From contig BFEA01000016.1 of assembly GCA_003427395.1 (NCBI GenBank), positions 552,867 through 616,866 of the forward strand: a stretch of 64,000 nt of DNA, given 5' to 3'. The position numbers and the translations under genes were made by a program. The notes beneath the pieces were generated by a model that was not told the DNA's origin, made no database searches, and worked only from the letters and a program-made list of their open reading frames with translations. This DNA is from Chara braunii. Taxonomy: Eukaryota > Plantae > Charophyceae. Shown piece by piece: positions 38,346 to 49,594 of the stretch; the stretch's first letter is position 1; each line of letters begins with the position of its first letter.

Positions 38346-41177
38346 TGGTTGACCCGGTCAAACGCATACAAACTGTCTTCCTCCCACCTTCCCCCAGTTC
38401 ATCCCTTAGTCTGCTTTCAATCAAAATAAAGAGAAACTTAGGTTTTTCACACACATTCCTTTCATTTAGTCTGATTGAATCCTAAAAGAAAGCAAATTCG
38501 TAGGAGCACACATGCATACAGTCAGTCAAACTAAAAAAGGAAATAGTCAAACAGGGGTATAGTGGGGTCATACAAATAGAAAAAGATATACCTGATGGTT
38601 CCCTGCCTCCAGAACCTCGCGTAGGTTCCAGCAGAGCTCCTGCAATCGGTGGGTGGACTCCCCAAAGAGTCTTGCTGAGGTCCTGCGGGTTGCAATCCCG
38701 CCTGCCACCTTCCTCTCAGAACCAATAGACCAGACTTAGAGTGAGAAGGGCAGAAGGAGATGGGTTTGAGACTCTCGGATCCAAGAAAGGTGCTCTCGGA
38801 CTCGCGTGAGAGCGCCTTGATACCTTCACACAAATGAGGACCCCGCAATGGCAGCCAACCGCGTTGCAGTTTTTGTCAACTGAAGTCATAACACCATTTG
38901 TTGGCCTCCCCTTCAACGAGCTCAGCCACCCCGCCTGACTCACGACCTGGAGTATTCAGGCCATCAGTACGCTTGCAACCTCGTGGCCTTTCCTTCAACC
39001 ACTTTGCTCAGTGGATGAACAACGCACCCTCAATAGGTAAGCTTTCAGGCTAGCTGCTCATCTCTTTGTCACTCCTATTCGCCAGGAAGAGCATCGCCCC
39101 AGCACACGGGTAAGTATCGTAAACACGATCTGCTTGCAATCCCTATTCCACAAGTTGGGCAGTTCTCTCTCCTACATGTAGGTATTCAACCCCCGTAGCC
39201 CACCTCTCATTGTTCTCAAACATCGAAATGATCAGTCCCTTCGACCAGCAAGCAGGTCCTCCGCCCCCCGTGATCTGCTCCTTGATTCCACAGTCGACAG
39301 GGTAAGACAACGAACATGTCAGGATGGAATGAGTAATGCATCACCCAACAAGTGGGTCTCCAAGCTTGTGGTTCCCCTCCTTCGCTGCTCCTGTTCAACG
39401 GGGTAGGCAGGACCACAACCAGTAGGTAAGTCTTCAATCCCGTTGTTTGTTACCTCCCCCCCACCTTGCTGCTCTATGCAGCGAAACGGGCAGTGCCTTG
39501 CTGCGTCTGCCCCTTCCCGCTTCGTAGGTGGGCACTCCGACTATGAACCTTGGGCATGTGAGTCTCTCCCCTATTTATGTCTTTCTTACTTCGGTCAGTC
39601 GTTTATGCGAGACCGAACCGAATCTTTCCTGAATCCGTGGCTTGCTGGCGAGCATAACCGGATGAATCCTCCGCTCGGGCCTGAAAGCATGCGCACCTCC
39701 TCGATTACATTTATCCCCAGGTAAGTGTTGCTCTCCTCGCCCTTATCTCTGTCGCTCCCCCTGACTACCTCAGTCGCGCTCCCATGATACTTTAGTCGCG
39801 CTCCCTTGCTACCTTAGCCGTGCTCCCTCACTACTTTAGTCGCGCTCCCTCGCTATCTATCGCGAAATCTGATATAACCATCTCATTCGCAATGGTCTCG
39901 AACCTCCTGCTAGCCTCCTTTCGCTCTCGATTTCAAAGCGACTCGTGCGAGACTTTCATCTTCTCGCTCGACCATTCCGCCATCTCCATGTACTACTTCT
40001 CTTGGCTAGCTCCAAATTCACTTGCTCTCTATTGAATCTAACACCGGATTTGGATCCGCCTATCTCCAAAACCCTGATTTAGGCTCCTCTCTCCCTCATA
40101 TATACAAAAAAATTAGTAAGATAATCCTTTCTTCACCTTGTCATATCTGTTCCCGCCATTCTCTCGCGCATCATTTCTTCCTTCTACCACCTATCCTACT
40201 AACTTTCGCCTCATTCTATCAACATATTCGGGGTCGCCTGCCCCAGCAACCCCAAACTGAAATCTCCGATTCCCCCGATTTCATCAAAGATCGGGGAAGA
40301 ACTCAATTCCTTTCTTCGTCATGCCTGTGCGTAGCTTCGCCTTCTCCATCGACAGCCGTATCTGGCATACAATCCCGTCCAAGTTCGTCTCCGCTTCCGC
40401 CACTATGCCCTGCCTTCGGTCCGCTCCCTTCTTACGCCCGTTCTCTCAGTTGTTCGTCACCTCGCCTGCCCATCGCCCTGCTTACCCGCTTTTGACTCCG
40501 TACGTGGCTAGCGCACCCGTCGCAAAGTTGCTTCTCGACTCCCGCTGCACCTCTTATCCGTCCGCCGACTCGCCCCCTGCAACTTTCCTCGATAGGCTGT
40601 GCAACGCACCTCCCACCATGTAAGTCACCAATTTCACGGCCGTTCCTCCGCGCTACGTTTGTTCCATCGATGCGCAGCGCCCCGACCGCTATGTAAGTTT
40701 TCAAAGTAACGGTTGCTCTCATGCCACTTCCCTTGAAGGTAAGAACTACCTCCGTCGAGTCTTCCGCCAGTTCATCAACTGATCTACACGGCTGCCAGTA
40801 GTAACCCCTGTCTACGGCCGCCCTCGCGCTCCCATTGGTAGAACGAGCACGGATCAAATGCATCTTTCACTAGAACGTGGAAGTATGCATCGCCTACTTC
40901 CTAGGTAGATCCCCTACCCCACAACTCGCCTCTCCTTCAATTCCTTGACCCCACGGCCGCTTTCCGCAATACCTGCTTTGGCCGAATGAGTTGCGCATCC
41001 GACAACAGGTGAGCCCCTGCTTTGCCTGCTGATGGAATGACTAAATCGGAGTGAATCTTCCATCAGATCACATAAAAAAACAATCCGGCGTCATCGACTG
41101 CCCTGCTCCTGCGACCGTTCTCATGCCTTCTGGGTAAGTCCTCGACCCAATGACTGTTCTCGACAGGCCCCAGCCAA

Positions 41178-41352
41178 CCCGATGAAACTCTTGGATGGAA
41201 TTAGTGATTAGATGATGTGCTTAGTCTTTCGTCCGTTTACCCAGGTCTGACAATCAACTTGCACACGTCAGTATCGCTGCGAGTCTCCATCAGAGTTCCC
41301 TCTGGCCACACCCTGTTTGGGCATAACTCACCGCCCGCAGGTCCCAATGACT
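41178..41352 (-). pseudogene. LSU rRNA fragment inside LTR E
   Basis: TTAGTCTTTCG...CACGTCAGTATCGCTGCGaGtCTCCAtCAGAGTTcCCTCTGGC; the same LSU segment as in C and D. Confidence 0.8.
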
Positions 41353-42111
41353 GTCGTGATGGTCCCCCCCCAAAAAAATTCAAGTCTTATACCGCCTGGT
41401 CAACGGTTTCTAAATCTGGTGCCGCATCCATCCAAAAAGGACCATCGAGACACAAGCAAAACTTGATACTGGCGTTAAATAATACAACATTCAGCAAAAT
41501 TACTCGTCGGAAAGTACTGGCGGGGGGAAGAAGGAGCCATGTATACTGCCTTGGCTCTATCGACGGCAAAACCAAGGGGGATAGCCTCGTCAGGCCTTCA
41601 ACCCTTCGGTCTCCTCACACTGCTTCAAATACTCCCTCGCTGCCGCCTGTTGGCTTCGACCTCCGAGTCTCCTAGTTGACAATCCGACACCATAACCAAT
41701 AATGTTAGACCCTGGTTGGTTCTAACACAGGCGGACACCTAGATAGGCGGTTACTGCGCAACATGTAGATTTACCGAAATGTCTTCAAATTGACACTTTT
41801 TATCGACGTTGTCCTCCGTACGTACGCACAAGTCACAGCAAGTGCATCAATCAATGGGACCTAATCTTTTTAATCATAGTTTAATTAGAAATAAAGATCT
41901 GGCCGGCAACCAACGTCGACTTTCACAATCATCAAAGGGGAAACAGATCACGCGCGCCTTACGTTTGCATGCCCACCCACTCTCTTACTCTAGTCAACCA
42001 TTCAGTCAATCGTAAACTACAGACACAGTTGCGCCTCGCGCGGTATACTCAAACTTTAAACTAACCTATTTTCTGTCACCTGCAAAAAAACAAGGCGAAT
42101 ACCCTTGTAAG

Positions 42112-42603
42112 TTAGGTTAAGGGGCCGGACGTCCGGGATGTCCGAGCGGACGTCTGGTCGGCTGTGGACCGGACAGGGTATGTCCGACCTACCGCAAAAA
42201 AAAAAAAAATAATAATAATAATAAAATAAAAAAAAATTGTGTGGCTTTCACCTCGCATAAGGTGTATGCCACCACATTTAGGCTCATTTGGGCAAGTAGA
42301 ATAAACAATAAAAATCTTCAAAGATTCTAATCCCCACCGATACCCCTCCCATCCCCACCAAAACCCCTCGTACCCCCCCCCCTTACCCCAAATACTACCC
42401 TATCACCAAAAGTTTAGAAAAATCTGAAAATTTTTGTGGGGGATCTCTAGGGCATGCACAACACTGTCATTTTTTTTTTTTTTTTTTTTAATATTATTCA
42501 GAACCAAAAACCCATCATCGGGAAATCCGGACGACGGGGGTACCAGACGTATGGGGGAAACGTCCGGGAGAGACGTTCGGTCTCCGGACCATTGGTACCC
42601 TAG
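42112..42603. mobile_element. hAT-type non-autonomous element inserted in the terminal palindrome of LTR E
   Basis: 8-bp TSD CTTGTAAG (42104-42111 / 42604-42611); imperfect TIRs TTAGGT.../...ACCCTAG. Confidence 0.75.
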
Positions 42604-44501
42604 CTTGTAAGGGTATTCACACCAACAACGCCTTAGGGAGCGGACGACGTCCGAGTTCATATGACGTTCTAACTGCGCATACCTATAGTACAACGAACGA
42701 GAAAACGCCCTCGACGACCTACCTCTACGCCTGCATGTAACAACTTTCCCACGTGGGTCAGTAGCTCGGTAGGGATACACTCCTAAGGGTGGTGACAACC
42801 CCTTACGGAAGGTAACTTGTGCCCCTCGGAACCTATCATGTCGTAGGGGACCGCGACAAGTACGGTTGCCACACCCGGCTAGAGCGGTGAAGGGACGACA
42901 CAACTGCGTCCATATCAATGATTCACAAGGTTATTTTGCGTTGTCCCCAAGTTGCCTCTCGTTTCAATTTTCTTTAACTCCTGCGTGACATGGTCAGGAG
43001 GGCTCTCGCTTTTTGCGCGAAACGCGGGAGCCGATGCACTCGACAAGTGATTAATGACACATCGCAAAATATTAAATAGGGCGACTTTGGCAGTTTTACG
43101 TGATCAATATAATTGATATGATTTTAAAGAACATAAATTTAGTGAATCATCGTTAAAAAAAAAAAAATCATGGCAATAAAAAATAATGGTGAATAAAGTT
43201 GTGGCTCAATTGGTTAAACTTGGAATAGAAGTATCACCGTATTAAGATAATCTTAAAAACTTGAGAACAATTGTGGTACGTTTACAAGTTAATAATTTTC
43301 GATATGGGCACAACCTTATGTTAATTGATATCCAGAGCAAAACGTCTAAAGTGCCGATGATTCAAATAAAGGACATTTTTTGTTTTTCAATGGTGAATCT
43401 CAAAGTTATGGTGTCCAAAGATAGGGAATAAAAGTGTCCACTCTAGAAGTTGAACATCAAATGATCATTTTATTACAATGATAAAGGTCAAATGGTCTGA
43501 AACAGTTAAATTAAGAAGGATTGGATTGCTTGCACATAAATAAAAACAAACAATAAGAATGGGTTTTAAGACCTAAGAGAATCTGCAACACCTAGTTGCC
43601 CAGTTGACCTTTGGGTTGAGGTTGTTATGAGACCGTTTATTGTTTTTTTGAAGCAAAGTAGCATCAAAATTTTATGACTGATCCTTTAAAAAAAAAAAAA
43701 AAACATGCCGGTTGGGTTTTAGGCATAGGCCCATACAAGTCATTTCATCAAATCCCTTATGTCTAACATACCTTCCCTAATTAGTACCTCAAAGAGTATT
43801 TCTCACCCGCTTCATCCTTAAGATTGGGTGACTTCGAGTTTTCCTACCTTTTATAAACTTGGAGTGGACACATTCTATGATAGCTCAATATGCGGAATGT
43901 GGTGATGTTTTAAGTTAGTTTCAAAAAGCAGTATTGCACTTCACGACACAAGCAATGAAACGTGCGCAATGAAACCAAGGTGCGTCGTTTTCAACAAAAA
44001 ATGTTGTGTTTTTTTTACTTTTGACATTGTATGCGCACAATTGATTGTATATGTGTCTGAGACAAAGGGAGGTTAGGAGCAGTTGCACGTTTAAAATCAA
44101 CGAGCAACTTCGTTTTTCCCATCCCCTCTCTCTTTTTCTTTTCCTTTCTCTCTCCCCATGGAAACAAAGAGGCTCATAGCGGTGCATTACTCATGTCCCG
44201 CGATTAACCTATATGTACAGTGCATCAAACAACAAGTAGAAAGAATAAGATACTAGCCCCATAATCGAATGAAGCCATGACCATACGAGTAGGTTACCTG
44301 GGACACTAGTTGGGCAGCGAGGTCATTGTTCGGACGGTCTTCTGCCCAGATCAACCTAGGCAAGCTCAAAATGCAAGTTTTTTTTGTTTTTTTCTTTTGT
44401 TGATGAGGCATTTATGCCCTTTGTAATCCCAACTTTATGTTTGGTTATCATTGCTATTGGTTGGAGGGTGGAAGGGGGGGCGATATAAATAGGGTTAGAA
44501 T

Positions 44502-45174
44502 CTGGGTAGCACAGCGTACGTGTACTTGGGTTCCGCGTACACGCGCACATGTATTTCAGTACGCGACACATACACATGTACACTTACTCCCGTACGTGGG
44601 AATACGTAGAAAAAAAAAACAAAAATCATTGAAAAAATCTGAAGAAAGAACGTATGTTATGCAAAATGATAGTTCAAACAACATTTGTTTGAGACTCATC
44701 TCAAAATTCTGTACCAAATTCGAGTTAAAAATCATAGACAAAAAAATAATAAAATAATAAAATAAAAATAATTTTTAAATAAATATATGTTATCCAGAAA
44801 CATGATAGAAACAACTTTTGTTTGGGAGTCATCTGCGAATTCTCAACCAAACTCGAGTAAAAAGTCAAAAACTCTAAAAAAAATAATATTATCATAATAG
44901 TTGAAAAATTATAAAAATATGCATATATATTTTTTAATTTTTAATTTAAAAAAAAAATCTTTTAGCTTTTTAATTTTTAAATCGAGCTTGGTTGGCAATT
45001 CGGGTACGAATCTCATACAAAAGTTGTTTATATTACTCTTATGCACAATATATATATATATATATATTTATTTCTTTATTTATTTTATGTACATGACGCA
45101 CAATTTTGGGTTCGTGCGCATACGTCGGAATCCATACACGTACGCACTGCGTACGCGTACGGAGTGGTACCCAG
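44502..45174. mobile_element. hAT-type MITE
   Basis: TIR CTGGGTAGCAC.GCGTACG / CGTACGGAGTGGTACCCAG; TSD GTTAGAAT/GTTAGAAC. Confidence 0.85.
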
Positions 45175-45592
45175 GTTAGAACTCTTAAGTGGGTTTCTAA
45201 ATGACCATAACCAAAAGTTGTTTACATTGAAATTGTATGGACGATGTTTTTTCCTAAAATTTGTTATTTACTTCTTTCAATTTGTTTTTTAAGTCAGTGG
45301 AAATGGTATTCTAGCCATCATGTGTCGTTTTGGTAGGTAGGTGCTATCAGGAGCGCCACACCACACTCGAATTGCTTTGCTTTGCACTGGAATATCTGCA
45401 AGCGAGGCTGGTGCATGTGTGTTCGACCTGCGTGTGTCAAAGTTGGAAGCACCTCGCTCTCTCGGTAACTCTTAGGCGAGGGAGTGGGGCGCTCTAGAAG
45501 GTGCAACTGCTTTGGGGGAGGCAGGTTGGTTCGTGGTATTTCACCATAGCCCATTAGGGTGAGGTGCATGGAGGTTTGAAAGTTGCAAGAGG

Positions 45593-45921
45593 CTACGTAG
45601 CACTGTGTTCGCGTCCGGAGGCGAACGCGAACATGTTCGCCTGAACGTGAACAAGCGCCATAAAACCTCCGAACACGAAAAAAAAAAAAAAAAAAAAAAA
45701 AAGTTATCAGAAAAATCTGAAACAATATATGTTATGTAAAATGACAAGACAAGCAACTTTTGCCTTGGAGTCATGTTCAAATTTGTAGCCAATCACGAGC
45801 TAAAAATAAAAAACCGATCTTTTTTTTTTATTATTTTTTTATGAAAAAAAAAAAATGTTCGCCTGAACATGTTCGCAAGCTGTTCGTGCGAATGCGCGAA
45901 CACGTTCGCCGTGCTACGCAG
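45593..45921. mobile_element. hAT-type MITE
   Basis: TIR CTACGTAGCAC / GTGCTACGCAG; perfect 8-bp TSD GCAAGAGG. Confidence 0.85.
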
Positions 45922-48020
45922 GCAAGAGGGATGGGTTGAACGTTTCGCCCTTCTCCGGTGCAAAGTTAGAGTGGTGACGTCAATAAAACTAGAGAGTGGA
46001 AGGGCAAAGATGTTATCATACATCAAGGTACGTCTGCTGTTTGAAAGCACAATAGAGCCATCTCTGGCTTCATGCTCCATCCAACGATGTTGCGGGCTAG
46101 CATGTTGAGTGAAGGAGATTTTTGCCTTTAATGAGACGCGAGGCTTCATGAGAAGCGGGTATATCAGTAGTATGTGCTCCTATATTCGCGTATGCTAGTG
46201 GTACTGACTGAAAGAGGAGTGAGTCCTGACTCACAATGAAATGTTCGAGCAAACTCGATGGTGATAATGATTTATATAGTGGAGTATGGTGCCTCTTGCG
46301 GGGATCTTACTATCTCTGACACTCTCGCCGTTTCCTTCCTGTTCACATATTAGTTCATAAACCGTATGATTGCTTTGTTCATGCTCTATCTTTTGATTTT
46401 TATATAACCTTAAATCATAACTATTATCTCTCGAAATATTTCGAGAGTTGGACTAGCATTGTCAAAGAGGCGAGACTCTCGAAATACCCGCCTTCGCTGC
46501 ACTTACTCTATAACCTATTACACTAGGTGAATTCTCGAAACCCTTTGCGTCGTCCTACTCGACAGAAGAATTGCACCACTGCGCTACGGGACGAAGTCTG
46601 GCCGCCGGGACAAGAGGTCCACTATCGAAAAACGAGCCTGATGGCGGGTAACTCTCGAGGACACTTGCAAATTTCGTTTTTGCAGGCGGGGGACTCTCAA
46701 CGTTTCGAGAGTTGCATTATAGAGTGCCTTTTGACAACTCTCAATCGGGTTTGTGAGGCCCATAATCTCAATTTTCAATAATCGAGTTTCTACTGTTCTA
46801 AATTTTTATTGTATGATTTCTAGATCCTAGTATAGAATCGTTATTAGTCCAACATCTTAAAGTCGCTACAAACGGTTATCAAACATTTTTTCTTATAGTC
46901 ATAACGTAACTTCTCAGTCATCTTAATTGAGTTTCATAAGCTTCAGTACAAGTTCGACTTCTTAATCACTACAATCATCATCCTTTTATTGTCTCAAGAG
47001 TCACCATCTTCCCCCGAACATAACGCCGATCTGTTCTATTTGAACAACCATAATTTTTTAATACAACGCATATACATTCTATTCGATTTTTCAAATTGTT
47101 CAGAAACTCGAATACAATGCATATGCGTTATGTTCGGGGAAACCGGTAATATAAATCGTTATCAAACCTTTAGTGTTGTAGCCATTATTTTAAATGTCGT
47201 ATTACTAAGATCTAACTTTAATTTGATTTTTATTTTTTTATCTATAGGGTGTGGATTTATAAGCTTGATTCTGAATGGTCAAATTATAAGGTATGTTTTT
47301 CGAGATTGGGGGGGGTGCCAAATTCTTGATGGACACAGGGAGTGTAGGAGAAATTAAAATATTTTTCTCGCTGCTTTAGGTATCCTTTGCTGCAAAATTT
47401 TGAAAGACTCGTGGAGTTTGTGAGTTATTGCATATTGTCGTAGCTAACATATGTTTCCTTTTAAATTACATGCTACTTAAATCTCATATCATTATGGTTG
47501 ATTCAACTTCTTTATCAATCTAATAACAAACAGTCATCAACGATTCAATTGAAACGTTGTGGGATGGGTTATGAGAGATATGGTTTTTCAGGACCACCTT
47601 TTTCAGGGTTGGTCCTTTTCACTTGAGGATGGGAACCTCGCATTGCGAGGATTGCACAGGGTGGCCGGTGTATATCCTTGAGAGGGTATGGATGAATATC
47701 AGTGTAGTCCTTGGTACGTCGTATGAGGTATCTCTGTATAGGCCGTCTAACCGAGGACCAACCCTGCTGCCAAGCCATTTCAGTTTCGCGTCGGAATTTG
47801 TGATATTTATTTTGGATCTTTCTGTTTTTGCATCGCAAAGACATGGGTCGATGGCTACCGCCGCCTCTACGTCACAAACCTCTTCCAGTCTTCTTCGTCA
47901 GGAGCAGGGTAGGGTGGATCGAGTGCAGTTAGTTAGTTTGTTGATTTGCAAGTCAGCCAGCAGAGTCCACTCACACCGGAGGATTTAGAAATCCGACAGG
48001 CAGAATAACTTCAGGATGAG

Positions 48021-49574
48021 TTGCAACGGCAGTTGGACGAAGCAGCAGAGAGGAGAAGAATATCAATACTCAGAAAGGCTAGACTAGGAAGTAGAGTGCA
48101 TGAGCTAGGCAGACTGGAAGGGCTAGATGAGGCGGCATTAGACCCTGCTGTCCGTGTGCTGCGTAGTGTTTTACTATCAGTGGCAGAAGCGCAGAATGTC
48201 CAGCAGGAATTGCTGACCGAATTGGTGGCAGGCCAGAAACAAATTCTGGCTGAACTTCGGGCTCCTCGTACAGTGATGAGGCAGCCGCAGTTTGCTGTAA
48301 CTGCCCCTGCGGGTGCGGGTCCTTCATCAATGGCGCAACCCACAGGGCCATCTTTCTCTCCTATGTTTGGCATGCCCCCTCCAGGTGGTTTAGTAGCAAC
48401 TAGTGGTCCGGTTCATAGAGTCTCAGCAGTACCATCTACGACAGTGGTAACTACAGTCCCACTGTCAAGCCAAACCCATGTTAGTGTGCAACAACCTATT
48501 TCAGTGGCTATGCAGCCACTGCAGCAAGCCCTTGGGCCCATGCAGCCTATGCAGTGGATGCCAAAGATTCCTCTGCTGAGTCCTAAACCTTTTTCCGGAG
48601 ACAGGAAGAAGGATGAGGATTTTGACACCTGGGTAAGAACTGTGCCTACGTATGTGAGGCATAAGCTTACAAAGCCAGAGCAGGAAGTTGTAGTGGCTGC
48701 CTCCTTTTTAGAGGGGTCAGCAGTTCCCTGGTTGAATGGCTTAGTGCAGCAGCAGGGTTACGGTCAAAACTTCGATGCTTGGGCACAGACCCAGACATTG
48801 GAAGAGTTCGTATGGTCCGTGTATAACAGGTGGTATGACTCGCAAGGGGCTCAGAAGGTCACCGATGCAATCAACAGTCTTTGTTCCCGTAGGTACAAGA
48901 ATGTTAGAGAGCTAATGGATACCGCAGAACGTTTACTCGTGGTACCAGGTGTGCGCTTTGACCAGCAAGTTCGCCTGACGGATTACCTAAGGTGCCTGCC
49001 TACAGAGGTAAGGACCAAACTGGTAGACGAGGCCTATGTCGAACAGCACAACTTCGTTACTTTTAGTAAGAAAGCTCTGGACATAGAGGCAAAATTGGGA
49101 TCTGCACATCAGAGTCAGGGAAATGGTAGGAAGAAGAGAATCCCTCAGGACTGGAAGAAGAAAGGGCAACTAATGTTCGTCGACCATGATGGTCAGGCGA
49201 CTGAAATTGACGACTTCACGGACTTGGGGGAAGAAACAAAGCACAATGGGGCCGGTGAGACTTCGGATGGGGGAGTCGTGGCACCCATCAAGGATAAGGC
49301 TAGGGGTATCGGGAAAAAGAAGGTAGTACGGTCCACGGGTCAGGGCGACCAAGGGACACCCGCATGGGTGAAAATTGGTTTAGACTACGAGGTATGGAGG
49401 GACCGAGTTGCCAGGGGCACATACATGAACTCTGCCAATTATGACCACATGTCACGAACATGCCGAGGCAAAAAGGTCACCACGAAGGTAGCATCACCAG
49501 CAGTGGTGGGCTTATCTTCGAACCCTGGCAGTGCTTCTGCGAGCACTTCGCAGGGAAACTCCTCGGGCCAGTAG
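48021..49574 (+). CDS. gag: Retrotransposon Gag (N-terminus probably frameshifted; true start near 47850)
   Basis: PKPFSGD...W...AASFLEGSA..W Gag motif and a degenerate CCHC knuckle near the C-terminus. Confidence 0.85.
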   Translation: MQRQLDEAAERRRISILRKARLGSRVHELGRLEGLDEAALDPAVRVLRSVLLSVAEAQNVQQELLTELVAGQKQILAELRAPRTVMRQPQFAVTAPAGAGPSSMAQPTGPSFSPMFGMPPPGGLVATSGPVHRVSAVPSTTVVTTVPLSSQTHVSVQQPISVAMQPLQQALGPMQPMQWMPKIPLLSPKPFSGDRKKDEDFDTWVRTVPTYVRHKLTKPEQEVVVAASFLEGSAVPWLNGLVQQQGYGQNFDAWAQTQTLEEFVWSVYNRWYDSQGAQKVTDAINSLCSRRYKNVRELMDTAERLLVVPGVRFDQQVRLTDYLRCLPTEVRTKLVDEAYVEQHNFVTFSKKALDIEAKLGSAHQSQGNGRKKRIPQDWKKKGQLMFVDHDGQATEIDDFTDLGEETKHNGAGETSDGGVVAPIKDKARGIGKKKVVRSTGQGDQGTPAWVKIGLDYEVWRDRVARGTYMNSANYDHMSRTCRGKKVTTKVASPAVVGLSSNPGSASASTSQGNSSGQ

Positions 49575-49594
49575 GAGTGTTAGCCGCTCTTACT
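49553..49594 (+). promoter_or_regulatory. Putative -1 ribosomal frameshift signal (gag-pol)
   Basis: In-frame slippery heptamer G GGA AAC (49553-49559) and a 10-bp stem AGTAGGAGTG/CGCTCTTACT. The -1 frame is open past the gag stop. Confidence 0.7.

Larger units (their letters stand above)
34959..42627 (-). mobile_element. Giant solo LTR copy E (7.7 kb including a MITE; 28S-carrying type)
   Basis: Termini TGTCGAG...ACCAACA; 4-bp TSD ACGT (34955-34958) / ACGC (42628-42631); colinear with C and D. Confidence 0.88.
28981..43045 (+). mobile_element. Old, diverged LTR copy F (5' boundary uncertain), interrupted by LTR E
   Basis: 42628-43045 matches the family 3' end (ends CCGATGCACTCGACA) and joins 34918-34958 across E. 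Weak core matches at ~34330 and ~34510. The left extent is inferred. Confidence 0.55.

Noticed and set aside
34959-43045. 8-kb DNA transposon with ~400-bp TIRs
   Set aside because: The right-hand inverted copy belongs to a separate older LTR (F) that continues left of 34958. E ends at 42627 with its own 4-bp TSD.
43198-43225. tRNA/SINE head (TGGCTCAATTGGTTAAA)
   Set aside because: A-box-like only; no B box or cloverleaf follows.
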